Shown here one piece after another: positions 30,095 through 40,022 of a stretch of 59,859 nt of DNA (position 1 is its first letter; every line of letters begins with the position of its first letter). The DNA comes from Candidatus Levyibacteriota bacterium (GTDB taxonomy: Bacteria > Patescibacteriota > Microgenomatia > Levybacterales > GWA1-39-11), in the NCBI GenBank assembly GCA_036788695.1, contig DAIQMY010000001.1:1-59859 (forward strand), given 5' to 3'. The notes below the pieces were generated by a model. The model searched no databases and had not been told where the DNA came from. It saw nothing but the letters and a program-made list of their open reading frames with translations. A program made the position numbers and the translations under genes.

Positions 30095-30144
30095 CCCATA
30101 ATCATAAAGACTTAGCTTGTATAAGTCTTTTTTTCTTTTAGCTT

Positions 30145-30816
30145 ATGAATTCCGTAAAACTATTTCAAATCGCACTCACCACATCCCTATTCGTTTTGGG
30201 ATCATTTACCCTAGCCTCTGCTGCAGGTTATTCCAATTGTGATGTTATCTACGGGGGCGGAACCGTATGCCCTCCAAACGTATCATTTACGCTTGATAAG
30301 ACCGTGCAATCTCCTACAAAAGGTGGACAATTCGTTGACAATTTAGGCATAAATGATCCAATGTTTGCCCCTTCACAAACCGTAAACTACCAAATTAAGG
30401 TTAAAAATACCGGAGAATCAAAAATTGAAAAAATAAACATTACAGATAGTCTTCCTACCGAACTTACCTACGTAAGTGGCGGAAATTATAACTCAACAAA
30501 TAAAACGGTTACCTTTACTATAGATAACCTTGAAAAAGGAAAGGAAACGGTTCAATTCATTTCAGCAAAAATAACAGATGTTAAAAACTTATCTAGTAGC
30601 CCCCTCTGTATTACAAATACTGTTACTGCAACTGATAACCAAGGGACTAAAGCTGACGATACGGCAAATCTTTGCATATTAAAACCTGGAGCTTCAGTTC
30701 AACCTCAAGTTCCAACTAAAAATATTCCTAACACTGGTCCTGAAGCACTCGCACTCTTTGTATTACCTCCAGTAGGCTTAGCAGGTCTGTATCTCAGACG
30801 ACGCGCTAGCCTCTAA
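30145..30816 (+). CDS. DUF11-like secreted protein with sortase-type IPNTG anchor
   Basis: Signal peptide, LDKTV...YQIKVKNTG...ITDSLPTELTYVSG, C-terminal IPNTG plus hydrophobic segment plus RRR. Confidence 0.8.
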   Translation: MNSVKLFQIALTTSLFVLGSFTLASAAGYSNCDVIYGGGTVCPPNVSFTLDKTVQSPTKGGQFVDNLGINDPMFAPSQTVNYQIKVKNTGESKIEKINITDSLPTELTYVSGGNYNSTNKTVTFTIDNLEKGKETVQFISAKITDVKNLSSSPLCITNTVTATDNQGTKADDTANLCILKPGASVQPQVPTKNIPNTGPEALALFVLPPVGLAGLYLRRRASL

Positions 30817-31167
30817 TATACTTCACTCCACCCCTTAAAAGGTCGGAGAGAAAGGTTTTGTCTCTACACTCCTCAAAACTAAAATACAAATTCCCAAAAG
30901 ACAAAAACCAGAACCTCTCTCCCCTACCTTTTTGCAAAGGTCAGTCCTTTTTGGGCTTTTCCTGAGTAAAATGAAGGGTTTGTCCTGAGAGTAATCAAAG
31001 GATAATTGGCTAGCTAATTCTATTTTATTTGCATAAATGGTAAATAGCTTCCAAAATATTTGTTTTGATTTGTTTTGATATATTTGCATATACTCAAAAA
31101 CGGCGCAAAACAGTTCTTTAAAATAGGCATCATCAAAAATAACTGATTTTAAATATTACTGGTACTT

Positions 31168-31227
31168 ATAGGTACCGGGTTTAGCGTGCTGTGAGGAGAG
31201 ACACAGCGCGCTGCATCCGGTACTTAT
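31168..31227. other. long imperfect palindrome at the left edge of the GC-rich island
   Basis: ATAGGTACCGG/CCGGTACTTAT and AGCGTGCTGTG/CACAGCGCGCT stems, loop AGGAGAGA. Confidence 0.85.
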
Positions 31228-31318
31228 GTACAAAGGAAATTCCATGTCGCATTCGACATGTTGCATTATCGGGACTTTTAAGTCACACGACCAAATTCAG
31301 CTCAATGGGAGGAGCAAA

Positions 31319-31696
31319 ATGATGGACGCAATCGCGTTCTGGATGATGATTATTGTCCTTGGGACAATGTCAGCATGGTTCGTCAACCTCGGTGGGAGGA
31401 AATCAATAGCAGGGTTTTTCCTGCTTACTTTCGTGATTCTTATTGCCTATTCGGCGATAGGTCACGACCTTCGGGTAGATGCGATCATGATAGTCATCAT
31501 TCTGACAGGTACTCTTTCAATACTCCTAGGAGTATTAATAACGAGCCTATCGGAACATGCTGTCCTCGACGTGATAGGCCTGCTGTTTTTTACAGTAGGA
31601 ATAGTCGTCCTTTTGGACGAAAGTATGATTGGAGATCCCCTAATACGGGAGCTTCAAGGTCTCAAGACGGTCTCAGAAATGAGAAACGCAAACTGA
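31319..31696 (+). CDS. small multi-TM hypothetical protein (island)
   Basis: GGGAGGAG RBS before ATG 31319; four hydrophobic segments. Confidence 0.7.
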   Translation: MMDAIAFWMMIIVLGTMSAWFVNLGGRKSIAGFFLLTFVILIAYSAIGHDLRVDAIMIVIILTGTLSILLGVLITSLSEHAVLDVIGLLFFTVGIVVLLDESMIGDPLIRELQGLKTVSEMRNAN

Positions 31697-31883
31697 GGAG
31701 GGAATCCATGAGAAGTCGGGCACCACCACCGCCTAATTCACAACGAGATAGCGAAAGCTAAGCTCAAAAGACAATGCCAGAGGTATTCAACCCTCAATAC
31801 AAGCGGCTAGTCTTCTAAGCGGAAATATGACAGTGGAGGAAACTCTACGTGTCACCAAGATCGATCAAGGAGTGATCACTACC

Positions 31884-32951
31884 ATGCACAAGCTCATGAG
31901 GAGCCTTTGCGCGACCGCAAGTCTCGCATTCGTGGCTCTGGCCATGCTCGCTTGCGGCGGCGGAATCAGCGAATCGGATCTGAACAAGACCCTTGACGCT
32001 CGTGACGCCACTAAGGCCGCTGCGAACCTCCCGGACATCACAAGCAACCCCGCGGTTGCCAAGATCGTCCAGGATTACCAGACAGGCACAATCAAGACAT
32101 CGGACGCTGCAAAGGCACAGATCAAGGCTCTCGGTTACACCGATGACCAGGTCGAAGCTGCCTTCCGCACCGCTCTGAACGTCATTGTGCCGACCCCCAC
32201 CACTCCTGAAAAGGGTGGAACGCCAACCAATCCGACGACCACGACCGCGCCTACCCAGACTGCTAACAGTCTCAAGGGCACTGGCACCAAGCCAACGTTC
32301 GTGACCAACTTCGAGCAGGGTGCATGGAAAGTGTCTGGAACTGACAGGCTCAAGGAAAACCCCATCGTTGATGGCTGGATCCACCGCCTTCAGAACCCGG
32401 CACCTCGTCTGTGGAAAACCTACCCGAACATCCCTAACCCGGATGTCCCGGAATTCCGCGTTGTCAACGGCACGCAAGTTCCTGATGGCGTCGAGTACGG
32501 CACCTACAGTTCGCCTTACTGCTTCGCTCACCCGTGCGACGTCCCCGTGGGAGCTTGGGAATACCGGCTCATCACTGGCGACTACCACGTCATGGGGTAC
32601 GAATGCAAGGGCGACATGAAGAAAGGATGTCTCATCCTTCTCATCAATGTCATGGCCCAGTCGGTCACGTTCAGAGATCAGGATATCGACAACGGATTCA
32701 CAGTCCGAGGTCGCTACTGGAACGGGGACGCACTCGAATGGGGAACCTGGGGACTCGTTAGCCACGCATCAGCGAACATGCTGAACATGCCTACCTTCGC
32801 ACGCGAAGGCGAGGTTCTGAACGCTGGTGATCCCGGCAATAGCGGCGCCAACTGCGGTACCCCCAACGGGTGCGGCACTGTTGACGCTCGCGTCATCGTG
32901 GTTGCTGGCGACGCAGTTATCGCGGTCCTCGAGACCACGGTCACCCGCTAA
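31884..32951 (+). CDS. predicted lipoprotein, Cys-rich, Thr/Pro linker (island)
   Basis: AAGGAG RBS; signal with lipobox-like MLA-C; PTPTT linker; paired Cys motifs; GC-rich codons. Confidence 0.8.
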   Translation: MHKLMRSLCATASLAFVALAMLACGGGISESDLNKTLDARDATKAAANLPDITSNPAVAKIVQDYQTGTIKTSDAAKAQIKALGYTDDQVEAAFRTALNVIVPTPTTPEKGGTPTNPTTTTAPTQTANSLKGTGTKPTFVTNFEQGAWKVSGTDRLKENPIVDGWIHRLQNPAPRLWKTYPNIPNPDVPEFRVVNGTQVPDGVEYGTYSSPYCFAHPCDVPVGAWEYRLITGDYHVMGYECKGDMKKGCLILLINVMAQSVTFRDQDIDNGFTVRGRYWNGDALEWGTWGLVSHASANMLNMPTFAREGEVLNAGDPGNSGANCGTPNGCGTVDARVIVVAGDAVIAVLETTVTR

Positions 32952-32982
32952 ATGAATCCAGGGAAGAAAGGAGCATCGTCAC

Positions 32983-33114
32983 GTGACGAAAGAGGTCTCA
33001 TTAGCCTCCGCTCCCCTTCCCGCCAGTAAGGCCAAGAAGTATCTAGAGCCGATGCTCTCAGGACTACGTGTTGTAAAAGACGCGAAGCACTCGAGGTATA
33101 CATCGACATATTAG
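32983..33114 (+). CDS. possible 43-aa peptide (island)
   Basis: AAGGAG upstream of GTG; MTKEVSLASAPLPASKAKKYLEPMLSGLRVVKDAKHSRYTSTY*. Confidence 0.3.
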   Translation: MTKEVSLASAPLPASKAKKYLEPMLSGLRVVKDAKHSRYTSTY

Positions 33115-33390
33115 ATTACCTCTTGGTAAACGCAAAGACCGTGATAGGTCTGGGGTTTTGCATCGTATGCGATAATTTGTCACAGCGACAGAAGTTCGTA
33201 CCACGAGCACCTCCCCGACCCTCACAGGTCAAAATGAAATCAGGTTTCCTGGTATTTAATTGTAGAGCTTGCTCTACTTCCGCCTTAACCCGCGGTTTTA
33301 CTCTTGATGATGCCTGATTTTCTCAGTAAACAAACTATTTTGGTTGTTGAGGAAATCAGAAAAATAAACCCCAATACAAAGGGAGAGAAC

Positions 33391-33618
33391 ATGAATAAAA
33401 TATTACAAATTATTATAATTGTGATAATTGCCATAGCAGTTGCTGTGGGATCTTTTGCTGTTCTTCAATTTATCAGCCTTAAGAAAGAAGAACTTACAAA
33501 CATAAAAAAATACCAATGCGCGACCTCATCAACATATACTGTCAAAGATGGAAACGCAACAGTATCCTATCCTGTCAAAGACTTATATGAAAAGTGCATA
33601 AAGGAAAAAAGCATATAA
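33391..33618 (+). CDS. small single-TM hypothetical protein
   Basis: GGGAGAG before ATG 33391; N-terminal TM; two Cys. Confidence 0.65.
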   Translation: MNKILQIIIIVIIAIAVAVGSFAVLQFISLKKEELTNIKKYQCATSSTYTVKDGNATVSYPVKDLYEKCIKEKSI

Positions 33619-33643
33619 CTGCTTCCCGTGGTATTCTTAATAT

Positions 33644-36600
33644 ATGCAAAGATTAACAGTCCTCATATTTCCATTTCTTCTCCTACTTATTACTGTAACA
33701 ATATGCCTTCTCAACTATGTACCGGGAACTTTTCTTACAGGTTGGGATACGCTTCATCCTGAGTTTAATTTTCCACAACAATTTTCAAATATATTTTTTG
33801 GAGTCTTCAGAAGTGACCAGGGACTAGGGGCAGTAGCTGCTCATTCACACATGGCTGAATTACCGCGTGTTATATTCTTATGGCTTGAACATTTTGTGCT
33901 TCCCCTCTCATTTCTGAGATATTCATATATTTTTCTTTGTTTTATATTGGGTCCATTAGGAGTTTACTTCTTTATACGCTTTGCTCTTTTAGCAGATCGG
34001 CATAGTGCAAAAAAACAATTAGCTTCATCTGCATCATTTTTAGGAGCCTTGGTTTACATATGCAATTTAGTTGTTGTTCAGCAGTTTTACGTTCCTTTTG
34101 AAATGTTTACCACACAGTACGCATTTTTAGGTTGGATTTTCTTAACAAGTGCTAGGTATGTAAAAAAGCCAACCGTGCTAGGTCTTTTTATTTTCTCTCT
34201 TATTGTGTTTTTGTCAGCTCCGCAAGCATACGCCGCTGTTTTATGGTATGCGTTTTTTCTGTGTTTTTTTCTTTTCCTTGCAGTAAATACTCTTCTTATA
34301 AGAAAAAAGCAGGTTGTTGTGTCCTCTTTAATCTTAATTATTACTACGCTTACTATAAACTCGTTTTGGCTTCTTCCAAATCTATACTTTCTACAAGGAA
34401 GCGCGAAAGATATTTCACTTGCACAAACTAATAAAATCTTTTCCGATGAAGCATTTTTACATAACAAGCAGTATGGAAATATTATTGATACAGCACTTCT
34501 TAAAAACTTTCTTTTTAATTGGACTGAACAAATAAGCGTTATTAACTCGAAAGATCTTATGTCAACCTGGAAATCTCATCTATCACTCCCGGGAGTTACA
34601 GCTATTGGATATATTGTTTTTATTATAAGCATTATAGGTATTATTTTCTCAATTATTAGAAGAAGATTTCTTGCCTTGTCTTGCCTTCCTATATTTCTAG
34701 TTTCAATCATTATGATTGTAAACATGAATCCTCCATTTGAGGCAATATTTATTTATTTAAGAGACACCTTCCCACTTTTCAAGGAAGGATTACGATTCCC
34801 TTTTACTAAATTTTCAATACTACTTATCTTTGCTATAAGCGTATTTACTTCTATTTCTTTTTTAGAATTATTTAATCTTATAACTAAGATTAAAAAACAT
34901 TATCTATCACGCTTTATGCATATTTCACTTTTAGCCTTATTTACATCCTCTTTGCTCTATTTTGCGGCACCCATGTTTTATGGTCATCTCATTGATCCGA
35001 GAATGAAAGTATCAATACCAAAGGAATACTTTGAATTTTTCAGATATATGCAAAAACAACCAACAGATGCACGAATTGCCCCATTACCAGTTCAATCATT
35101 ATGGGGATGGGATTACTACAACTGGGAAGACGAACAAAAATCTAAAAAAAGCGGTTCAGGATACCAAGGAGCAGGATTTATATGGTTTGGAGTAAATCAA
35201 CCAGTGTTATCAAGAGATTTTGACAGATGGAATATAAATAATGAACAGTATTATAGAGAAATTTCTGGAGCAATATACTCAAGAGATCCGTTAAAAATTG
35301 AGGCATTGGTAAAGAAGTACAGAATAAAATACTTCTTACTCGACCAAAGCATTGCAATAGTGGGCAATAAACAAAACGCACTATGGCACTATGAAACAAA
35401 AGAAATTTTTAAGCAATTAAGAAATATAACACTTACACGTACTTTTGGAAATAATTTATCTTTGTATGAAGTTGATGGATCATTAGTTCCATTAAGTTTT
35501 GTGCAAGCACCGCATTTTATAACATCAGTGGGACCACAAATTACTGGAGGATTCATGGATCTTGCTTCTGATAAATTGGGAGATTACTATTATGCCCCAA
35601 CTCCTGACTACTTTTATCCCTCAAGAAACCTCGTTGATAGATATGACCGTATTCCTGAGTCTGTTATTGCGCAGAGTTCAAATTCGGCATTATTACAACT
35701 TACTACTATTCCACCTGACTATAAATTTACTACGTCTTGGCTAGATAATGACATCTTCCCTGAATTCATGAAAAAATATAACTACAATCTCTCAACGGAA
35801 GAAGGTAATCTGCCATCTCTCATTGATCAAAAACCATTCATCTCTGTTTCCGTTGCATCGGAATCACAAAAAATGGTAAATAAAATCAATCAGGCAAATG
35901 ACTGCGGGAATACGACAGAAACAACAAATACAGCAATAAAAAACCTGAATGGTTTTTTCAGGTTTACTGCGCAAAATGGAGCGAGTTGTGGATTTATTTC
36001 TTTTCCATATATAAAACAAGATTTTGGAAATCTACTGAGCCTTGAGGCAAAAAATATACAAGGACTTCCAACTAGATTATGTATCACTAATAAATTATCA
36101 AGACGGTGCAATATATATACATCTCTTGATCATGGAAAAGATTGGAAAAAATATTTTTTTCTTATCCCACCTGAACCATCTGGAGATGAGGGATATGAAA
36201 TCCATTTCAATACGTTATCCATTGGAAATGATAAGAGCATAAATGATATTAGAAACGTAACATTACATTCAATTCCTTATTACAGATTAGAAAATATATA
36301 TTTCACAAAAACAGGTAAAGACACTCCTCGCTATACAAATGGGGTAAAAATTATAAATAGTACTCAAAAAAACCCAACTCTTTACACTGCAAAAATTCAG
36401 CAGATAAATAAAAATCGGGGTCTCTTAACCCTTTTTAAGTCATATGATAATGGATGGCATGCTTATACCACACAAAACAAAAATATTTTCACAGAATTCT
36501 TTCCTTTTCTTTTGGGAAAAGAAATTAAACAACATGTACGCATAAACAATTGGGCGAATGGATGGATGCTCGAACCTAATACAAAGGACCAGAAGTCGGA

Positions 36601-36718
36601 AATTATCATAGTGTTCTTGCCCCAATATTTGGAATATACGGGGTTTGTATTATTGGGCGGGTATTTTACCGTGTTTGCTGCTATTGCTGTTAAAAAACGT
36701 ATTAAGGGGTCAAATTAG
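33644..36718 (+). CDS. large GT-C-like membrane glycosyltransferase (AftD/YfhO-like)
   Basis: GWDTLHPE N-terminal motif, many TMs, LRFPFTKF, extracytoplasmic domain, C-terminal H...NNWANGW. Confidence 0.7.
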   Translation: MQRLTVLIFPFLLLLITVTICLLNYVPGTFLTGWDTLHPEFNFPQQFSNIFFGVFRSDQGLGAVAAHSHMAELPRVIFLWLEHFVLPLSFLRYSYIFLCFILGPLGVYFFIRFALLADRHSAKKQLASSASFLGALVYICNLVVVQQFYVPFEMFTTQYAFLGWIFLTSARYVKKPTVLGLFIFSLIVFLSAPQAYAAVLWYAFFLCFFLFLAVNTLLIRKKQVVVSSLILIITTLTINSFWLLPNLYFLQGSAKDISLAQTNKIFSDEAFLHNKQYGNIIDTALLKNFLFNWTEQISVINSKDLMSTWKSHLSLPGVTAIGYIVFIISIIGIIFSIIRRRFLALSCLPIFLVSIIMIVNMNPPFEAIFIYLRDTFPLFKEGLRFPFTKFSILLIFAISVFTSISFLELFNLITKIKKHYLSRFMHISLLALFTSSLLYFAAPMFYGHLIDPRMKVSIPKEYFEFFRYMQKQPTDARIAPLPVQSLWGWDYYNWEDEQKSKKSGSGYQGAGFIWFGVNQPVLSRDFDRWNINNEQYYREISGAIYSRDPLKIEALVKKYRIKYFLLDQSIAIVGNKQNALWHYETKEIFKQLRNITLTRTFGNNLSLYEVDGSLVPLSFVQAPHFITSVGPQITGGFMDLASDKLGDYYYAPTPDYFYPSRNLVDRYDRIPESVIAQSSNSALLQLTTIPPDYKFTTSWLDNDIFPEFMKKYNYNLSTEEGNLPSLIDQKPFISVSVASESQKMVNKINQANDCGNTTETTNTAIKNLNGFFRFTAQNGASCGFISFPYIKQDFGNLLSLEAKNIQGLPTRLCITNKLSRRCNIYTSLDHGKDWKKYFFLIPPEPSGDEGYEIHFNTLSIGNDKSINDIRNVTLHSIPYYRLENIYFTKTGKDTPRYTNGVKIINSTQKNPTLYTAKIQQINKNRGLLTLFKSYDNGWHAYTTQNKNIFTEFFPFLLGKEIKQHVRINNWANGWMLEPNTKDQKSEIIIVFLPQYLEYTGFVLLGGYFTVFAAIAVKKRIKGSN

Positions 36719-37008
36719 TGGCAGTTTAAAGTCTTACTTCACTATTTTTATTCTCAATTTTTTCTTATAAAAAAACTGCTTGCTATCTCTATGCGAGATA
36801 AGAATCCCTGCCCAAGACTCCTACCCCGCATATAAACCACAAACAGTTTTAGTTAAAAATAATTCCGTGAAAAGAATTGTTTTAACAATCTAATTAATAT
36901 GAATTAGCTTCACCAATTTTTCTTGACAACTATTTAACTTATGTGATAACTTTCTATCTCATAAGTGCTAATCTCACCCTGCCTAGAGATTATGTACTTC
37001 AATTTTCT

Positions 37009-37080
37009 AAAAGAGCATTGCTTTTCGTACTTAAGAATTTATTCATCTAGTAGCGAAAGCGATGCTCTTTTTTCTTTTTT
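37009..37080 (+). terminator. long hairpin followed by a T-tract
   Basis: AAAAGAGCATTGCTTTTCG (37009-37027) pairs with CGAAAGCGATGCTCTTTT (37054-37071), followed by T-rich sequence. Confidence 0.65.
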
Positions 37081-37128
37081 GGAATAGTTGCCCTATGCCC
37101 TAATTTCTCCAAAAAAGACCTGTCAAAT

Positions 37129-37296
37129 TTAATGTACTAAATTAACAGACTGCAATTGAATACCACGCTCAAGTAAAGATTTTAACTGCTCTTTACCCAT
37201 TTTATTTAATGAATCCTGATAAGAATCTGTTGGTCGCGTGTTAGCAAATACCTTTTTTTGGCGGCTTTTTGAAGTGATTATTCCGAACAATTTCAT
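37129..37296 (-). CDS. small basic protein (55 aa), below ORF-track cutoff
   Basis: MKLFGIITSKSRQKKVFANTRPTDSYQDSLNKMGKEQLKSLLERGIQLQSVNLVH*; extended -10 TG-C-TATACT 11 nt upstream. Confidence 0.55.
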   Translation of the reverse strand: MKLFGIITSKSRQKKVFANTRPTDSYQDSLNKMGKEQLKSLLERGIQLQSVNLVH

Positions 37297-37599
37297 AGGT
37301 TATGTAAAGTATAGCATAAGAGATTATCTAGCGCAACCTATAGCATATTTATTACATTTTACCTACTGTCCTAGAGTATTATATAGTCAAAATACGCTGA
37401 TAAATCAATATAAAATTATTTATATAAAAAATGTGGATAAGTATGTGAAAAACAATTACCTCTTGACAACTGCATTACTACCCTTTTACGCGTTGTAATC
37501 CGAGCATTTTTTTGACCCCAGAAAATAAATAAACCTGTAGAAATAGACTACCAAAATAGAACAATAAAATAACCGTTGAAGAAAAGAGGTTTGGGAAAA

Positions 37600-38436
37600 T
37601 TACCCTACTATTTTCCCAAAAAATATCCGCCCCGCGTCAGTCTGAATAACACGGGATACAACAACTTTTACGGTCTTCTCAAGTAAATTCTCTCCCTGCT
37701 CAACCACAATCATTGTCCCATCCGGTAAGTAGCCAACTCCTTGCCCCGCTCCCTTTCCACGCTGAACTACCTTTACAAAAAACTCTTCCCCAGGAACAGC
37801 TGTTGTTTTTAATATATTCGCCATTTCATAGAGATCAATTGATACAGCTCCTGTTATTCTTGCTTTTTTAGACAAGTTATAATCACATGTTAATATTCTT
37901 CCTTCATTTTTCTTTGCATAAGATATGATTCTCTCATCTACAGGCGTTTTTGTTTCTAAATCTGCGACATGGATAAGCTTTATGCCTTTCATCTTTTTAA
38001 ATTCATCTAAATTCCTCAAAGCCTTTCTTCCCCGTTCTTTTTTAACATCATCTTTTGAATCCGCAATATTTTTCAATTCATCCAAGACTCCTGCCATAAC
38101 AATAAAATTACCAAAGAACGCGCCTATTTTTGCTAAATCAAAAATTCGCCCGTCAATAATAGCTGATGTGTCCAGGACAAAACCGGATTTTGCCTCATTC
38201 ACTGTTTTTCGTCTGGGTGTTCGCCTGGGAACTCTTTGAGATACTGCTTTTGCGACTTGATCTGCAATTTGAGCAACAACTTTAGGGGGGAGTAATATTC
38301 CCTGAACAGCAGTACGCGCAATATTCCCGCGACCTATGCGTTCTTCATGGGGAACTTCAACCACATCCAGTATCTCTGAACGTGTCATTTTTTTACTTCG
38401 TTTTTTTGCTTGAGTTACCTTTTTTTTATCAACCAT
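37600..38436 (-). CDS. PIN/TRAM domain protein (YacL-like)
   Basis: VLDTSAIIDGRI, ELKNIADS, RGRKAL, TCDYNL, QGVGYLPDGTMIVVE, QTDAGRIFFG. Confidence 0.93.
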   Translation of the reverse strand: MVDKKKVTQAKKRSKKMTRSEILDVVEVPHEERIGRGNIARTAVQGILLPPKVVAQIADQVAKAVSQRVPRRTPRRKTVNEAKSGFVLDTSAIIDGRIFDLAKIGAFFGNFIVMAGVLDELKNIADSKDDVKKERGRKALRNLDEFKKMKGIKLIHVADLETKTPVDERIISYAKKNEGRILTCDYNLSKKARITGAVSIDLYEMANILKTTAVPGEEFFVKVVQRGKGAGQGVGYLPDGTMIVVEQGENLLEKTVKVVVSRVIQTDAGRIFFGKIVG

Positions 38437-38538
38437 TATAGTTCCTCCTGATACAACTACTTGGGAAAACCGTTATAGTAATGCTTTGAAGAAATTATAT
38501 CACAGTAATGAGGCTAAATATAGCTTAGTATTTTTTTT

Positions 38539-39903
38539 CTACAATAAAGATACTATTCCAGAAATCGTAGGAGACGACTCCCATGTAATCAGTTTAAACT
38601 TAAATTTTTTTGCTTCCTGCTCTCTTTTCTTTAAACTTACTACTTTCTTTAGCTCTCCCAGAAGTCCTACTTCTGCAACTGCTGCTGTCTTTACAAGTGG
38701 CTTACCTTTAAAAGAACTCATAATTGCTAAGCATACAGCCAAGTCTGAGGCAGTTTCCGTAATTTTAAATCCACCGACAACGTTCACAAAAATATCAAAT
38801 TTTTCCAACGGCAATTTAGCGTGCTTTTGTAGTATTGCCAAAAGCAGCTCTAATCTCTTTTCTGAAATGCCGCTTGCAATACGCCTAGGATATGGAAGAT
38901 TTGAGTGAATCGTAAGCGCCTGAATTTCAACTAATATTGGGCGCGACCCTTCCATCATCACCGCAACACATGATCCAGGAGATGACGCTTCAGAGCCCAG
39001 AAAAAGATCAGATAGATCAGTTACCTCCTGTAAACCATATTCTTGCATCCCAAATATTCCTACCTCTGATGTATCCCCAAATCTATTTTTAAAAGCACGC
39101 AGAATTCTAACTCCTGTCATTTTCTCCCCCTCTAAATATAGTACCGTATCCACCATATGTGAGAGCATCATGGGGCCTGCCACCATACCCTCTTTTGTAA
39201 CATGTCCAATAATAATTACAGGGGTATTTGTACTTTTTGCAAAAGACACGAGCCTTCCAGTCGCGTGCCTCACTTGCGGGATTGAGCCAGCGTAACCTGG
39301 GAGATTTGCACTTTCCATTGTCTGAATAGAATCAATAATAACTAAGTCATATGTGGCTTCTTCTGCTTGATATAGGCAGGTATCTATATTTGAGGATGCA
39401 AGAATAAAGAGATTATAGTCTTCAAGTTTTTTTTCTTTTAATAAACGCTTTGCGCGCAAAGTTACCTGCGCCTCTGACTCCTCGCCTGTTACATAGAGCA
39501 CCTTACGATTACCCTTACCGAACCCGCTCTCTTTCCCCCGAGCTAGATTAAGCGCGGTCTGCAGTAAAAGCGTAGATTTACCAACTCCAGGATCACCTGA
39601 GAGTAAGATTACTGAACCAGGAACTATCCCTGCCACAGTTTCCTGCCCTAACACACGATCAAATTCAGAAAATCCTGTAGAAAAACGGGCAACTGAACTT
39701 ATCTTTACTTCAGATACTTTGGTTGGCTTGCTCTCAATTGATAAAACGTTTTGATTTTTTATCCCTTTATTAGTCTTTCCTCCTGGAATACTAAACTCCT
39801 TCATCGTATTCCACTCAGCACATTCAGGGCATTTTCCATACCATTTTTGCGAATCATAACCACAGCTGCTACATACAAATGAAATTGTTGGATTTTTAGG
39901 CAT
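38539..39903 (-). CDS. radA: DNA repair protein RadA/Sms
   Basis: CSSCG...WYGKCPEC zinc finger, GDPGVGKST, KNRFG. Confidence 0.97.
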   Translation of the reverse strand: MPKNPTISFVCSSCGYDSQKWYGKCPECAEWNTMKEFSIPGGKTNKGIKNQNVLSIESKPTKVSEVKISSVARFSTGFSEFDRVLGQETVAGIVPGSVILLSGDPGVGKSTLLLQTALNLARGKESGFGKGNRKVLYVTGEESEAQVTLRAKRLLKEKKLEDYNLFILASSNIDTCLYQAEEATYDLVIIDSIQTMESANLPGYAGSIPQVRHATGRLVSFAKSTNTPVIIIGHVTKEGMVAGPMMLSHMVDTVLYLEGEKMTGVRILRAFKNRFGDTSEVGIFGMQEYGLQEVTDLSDLFLGSEASSPGSCVAVMMEGSRPILVEIQALTIHSNLPYPRRIASGISEKRLELLLAILQKHAKLPLEKFDIFVNVVGGFKITETASDLAVCLAIMSSFKGKPLVKTAAVAEVGLLGELKKVVSLKKREQEAKKFKFKLITWESSPTISGIVSLL

Positions 39904-40022
39904 ACTACTCTAGAGACTTAGAAAAACAAGTATATGATATAAGCTTATACTTTACGGTTTCTATGAAGATACTACGCAATAAAGGGGTAAAAGTCAAAGG
40001 TGAGAAGTTTATTTTTGAATTG

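Noticed and set aside
30835-31089. 84-aa minus-strand ORF
   Set aside because: No motif, RBS or promoter that I could support; left uncalled.
31845-32944. Minus-strand 306-aa ORF and other overlapping ORFs in the island
   Set aside because: Antisense shadows of the GC-rich lipoprotein gene; few stops are expected at high GC.
37238-37498. 86-aa plus-strand ORF
   Set aside because: Low-complexity AT-rich reading that overlaps a better-supported minus-strand small gene and its promoter.
37593-37619. TAGGGTAAT motif and GGGAAAAT/ATTTTCCC stem at the PIN/TRAM stop
   Set aside because: Resembles the rho/mreB junction, but no tail copy follows; could be an ordinary terminator stem.
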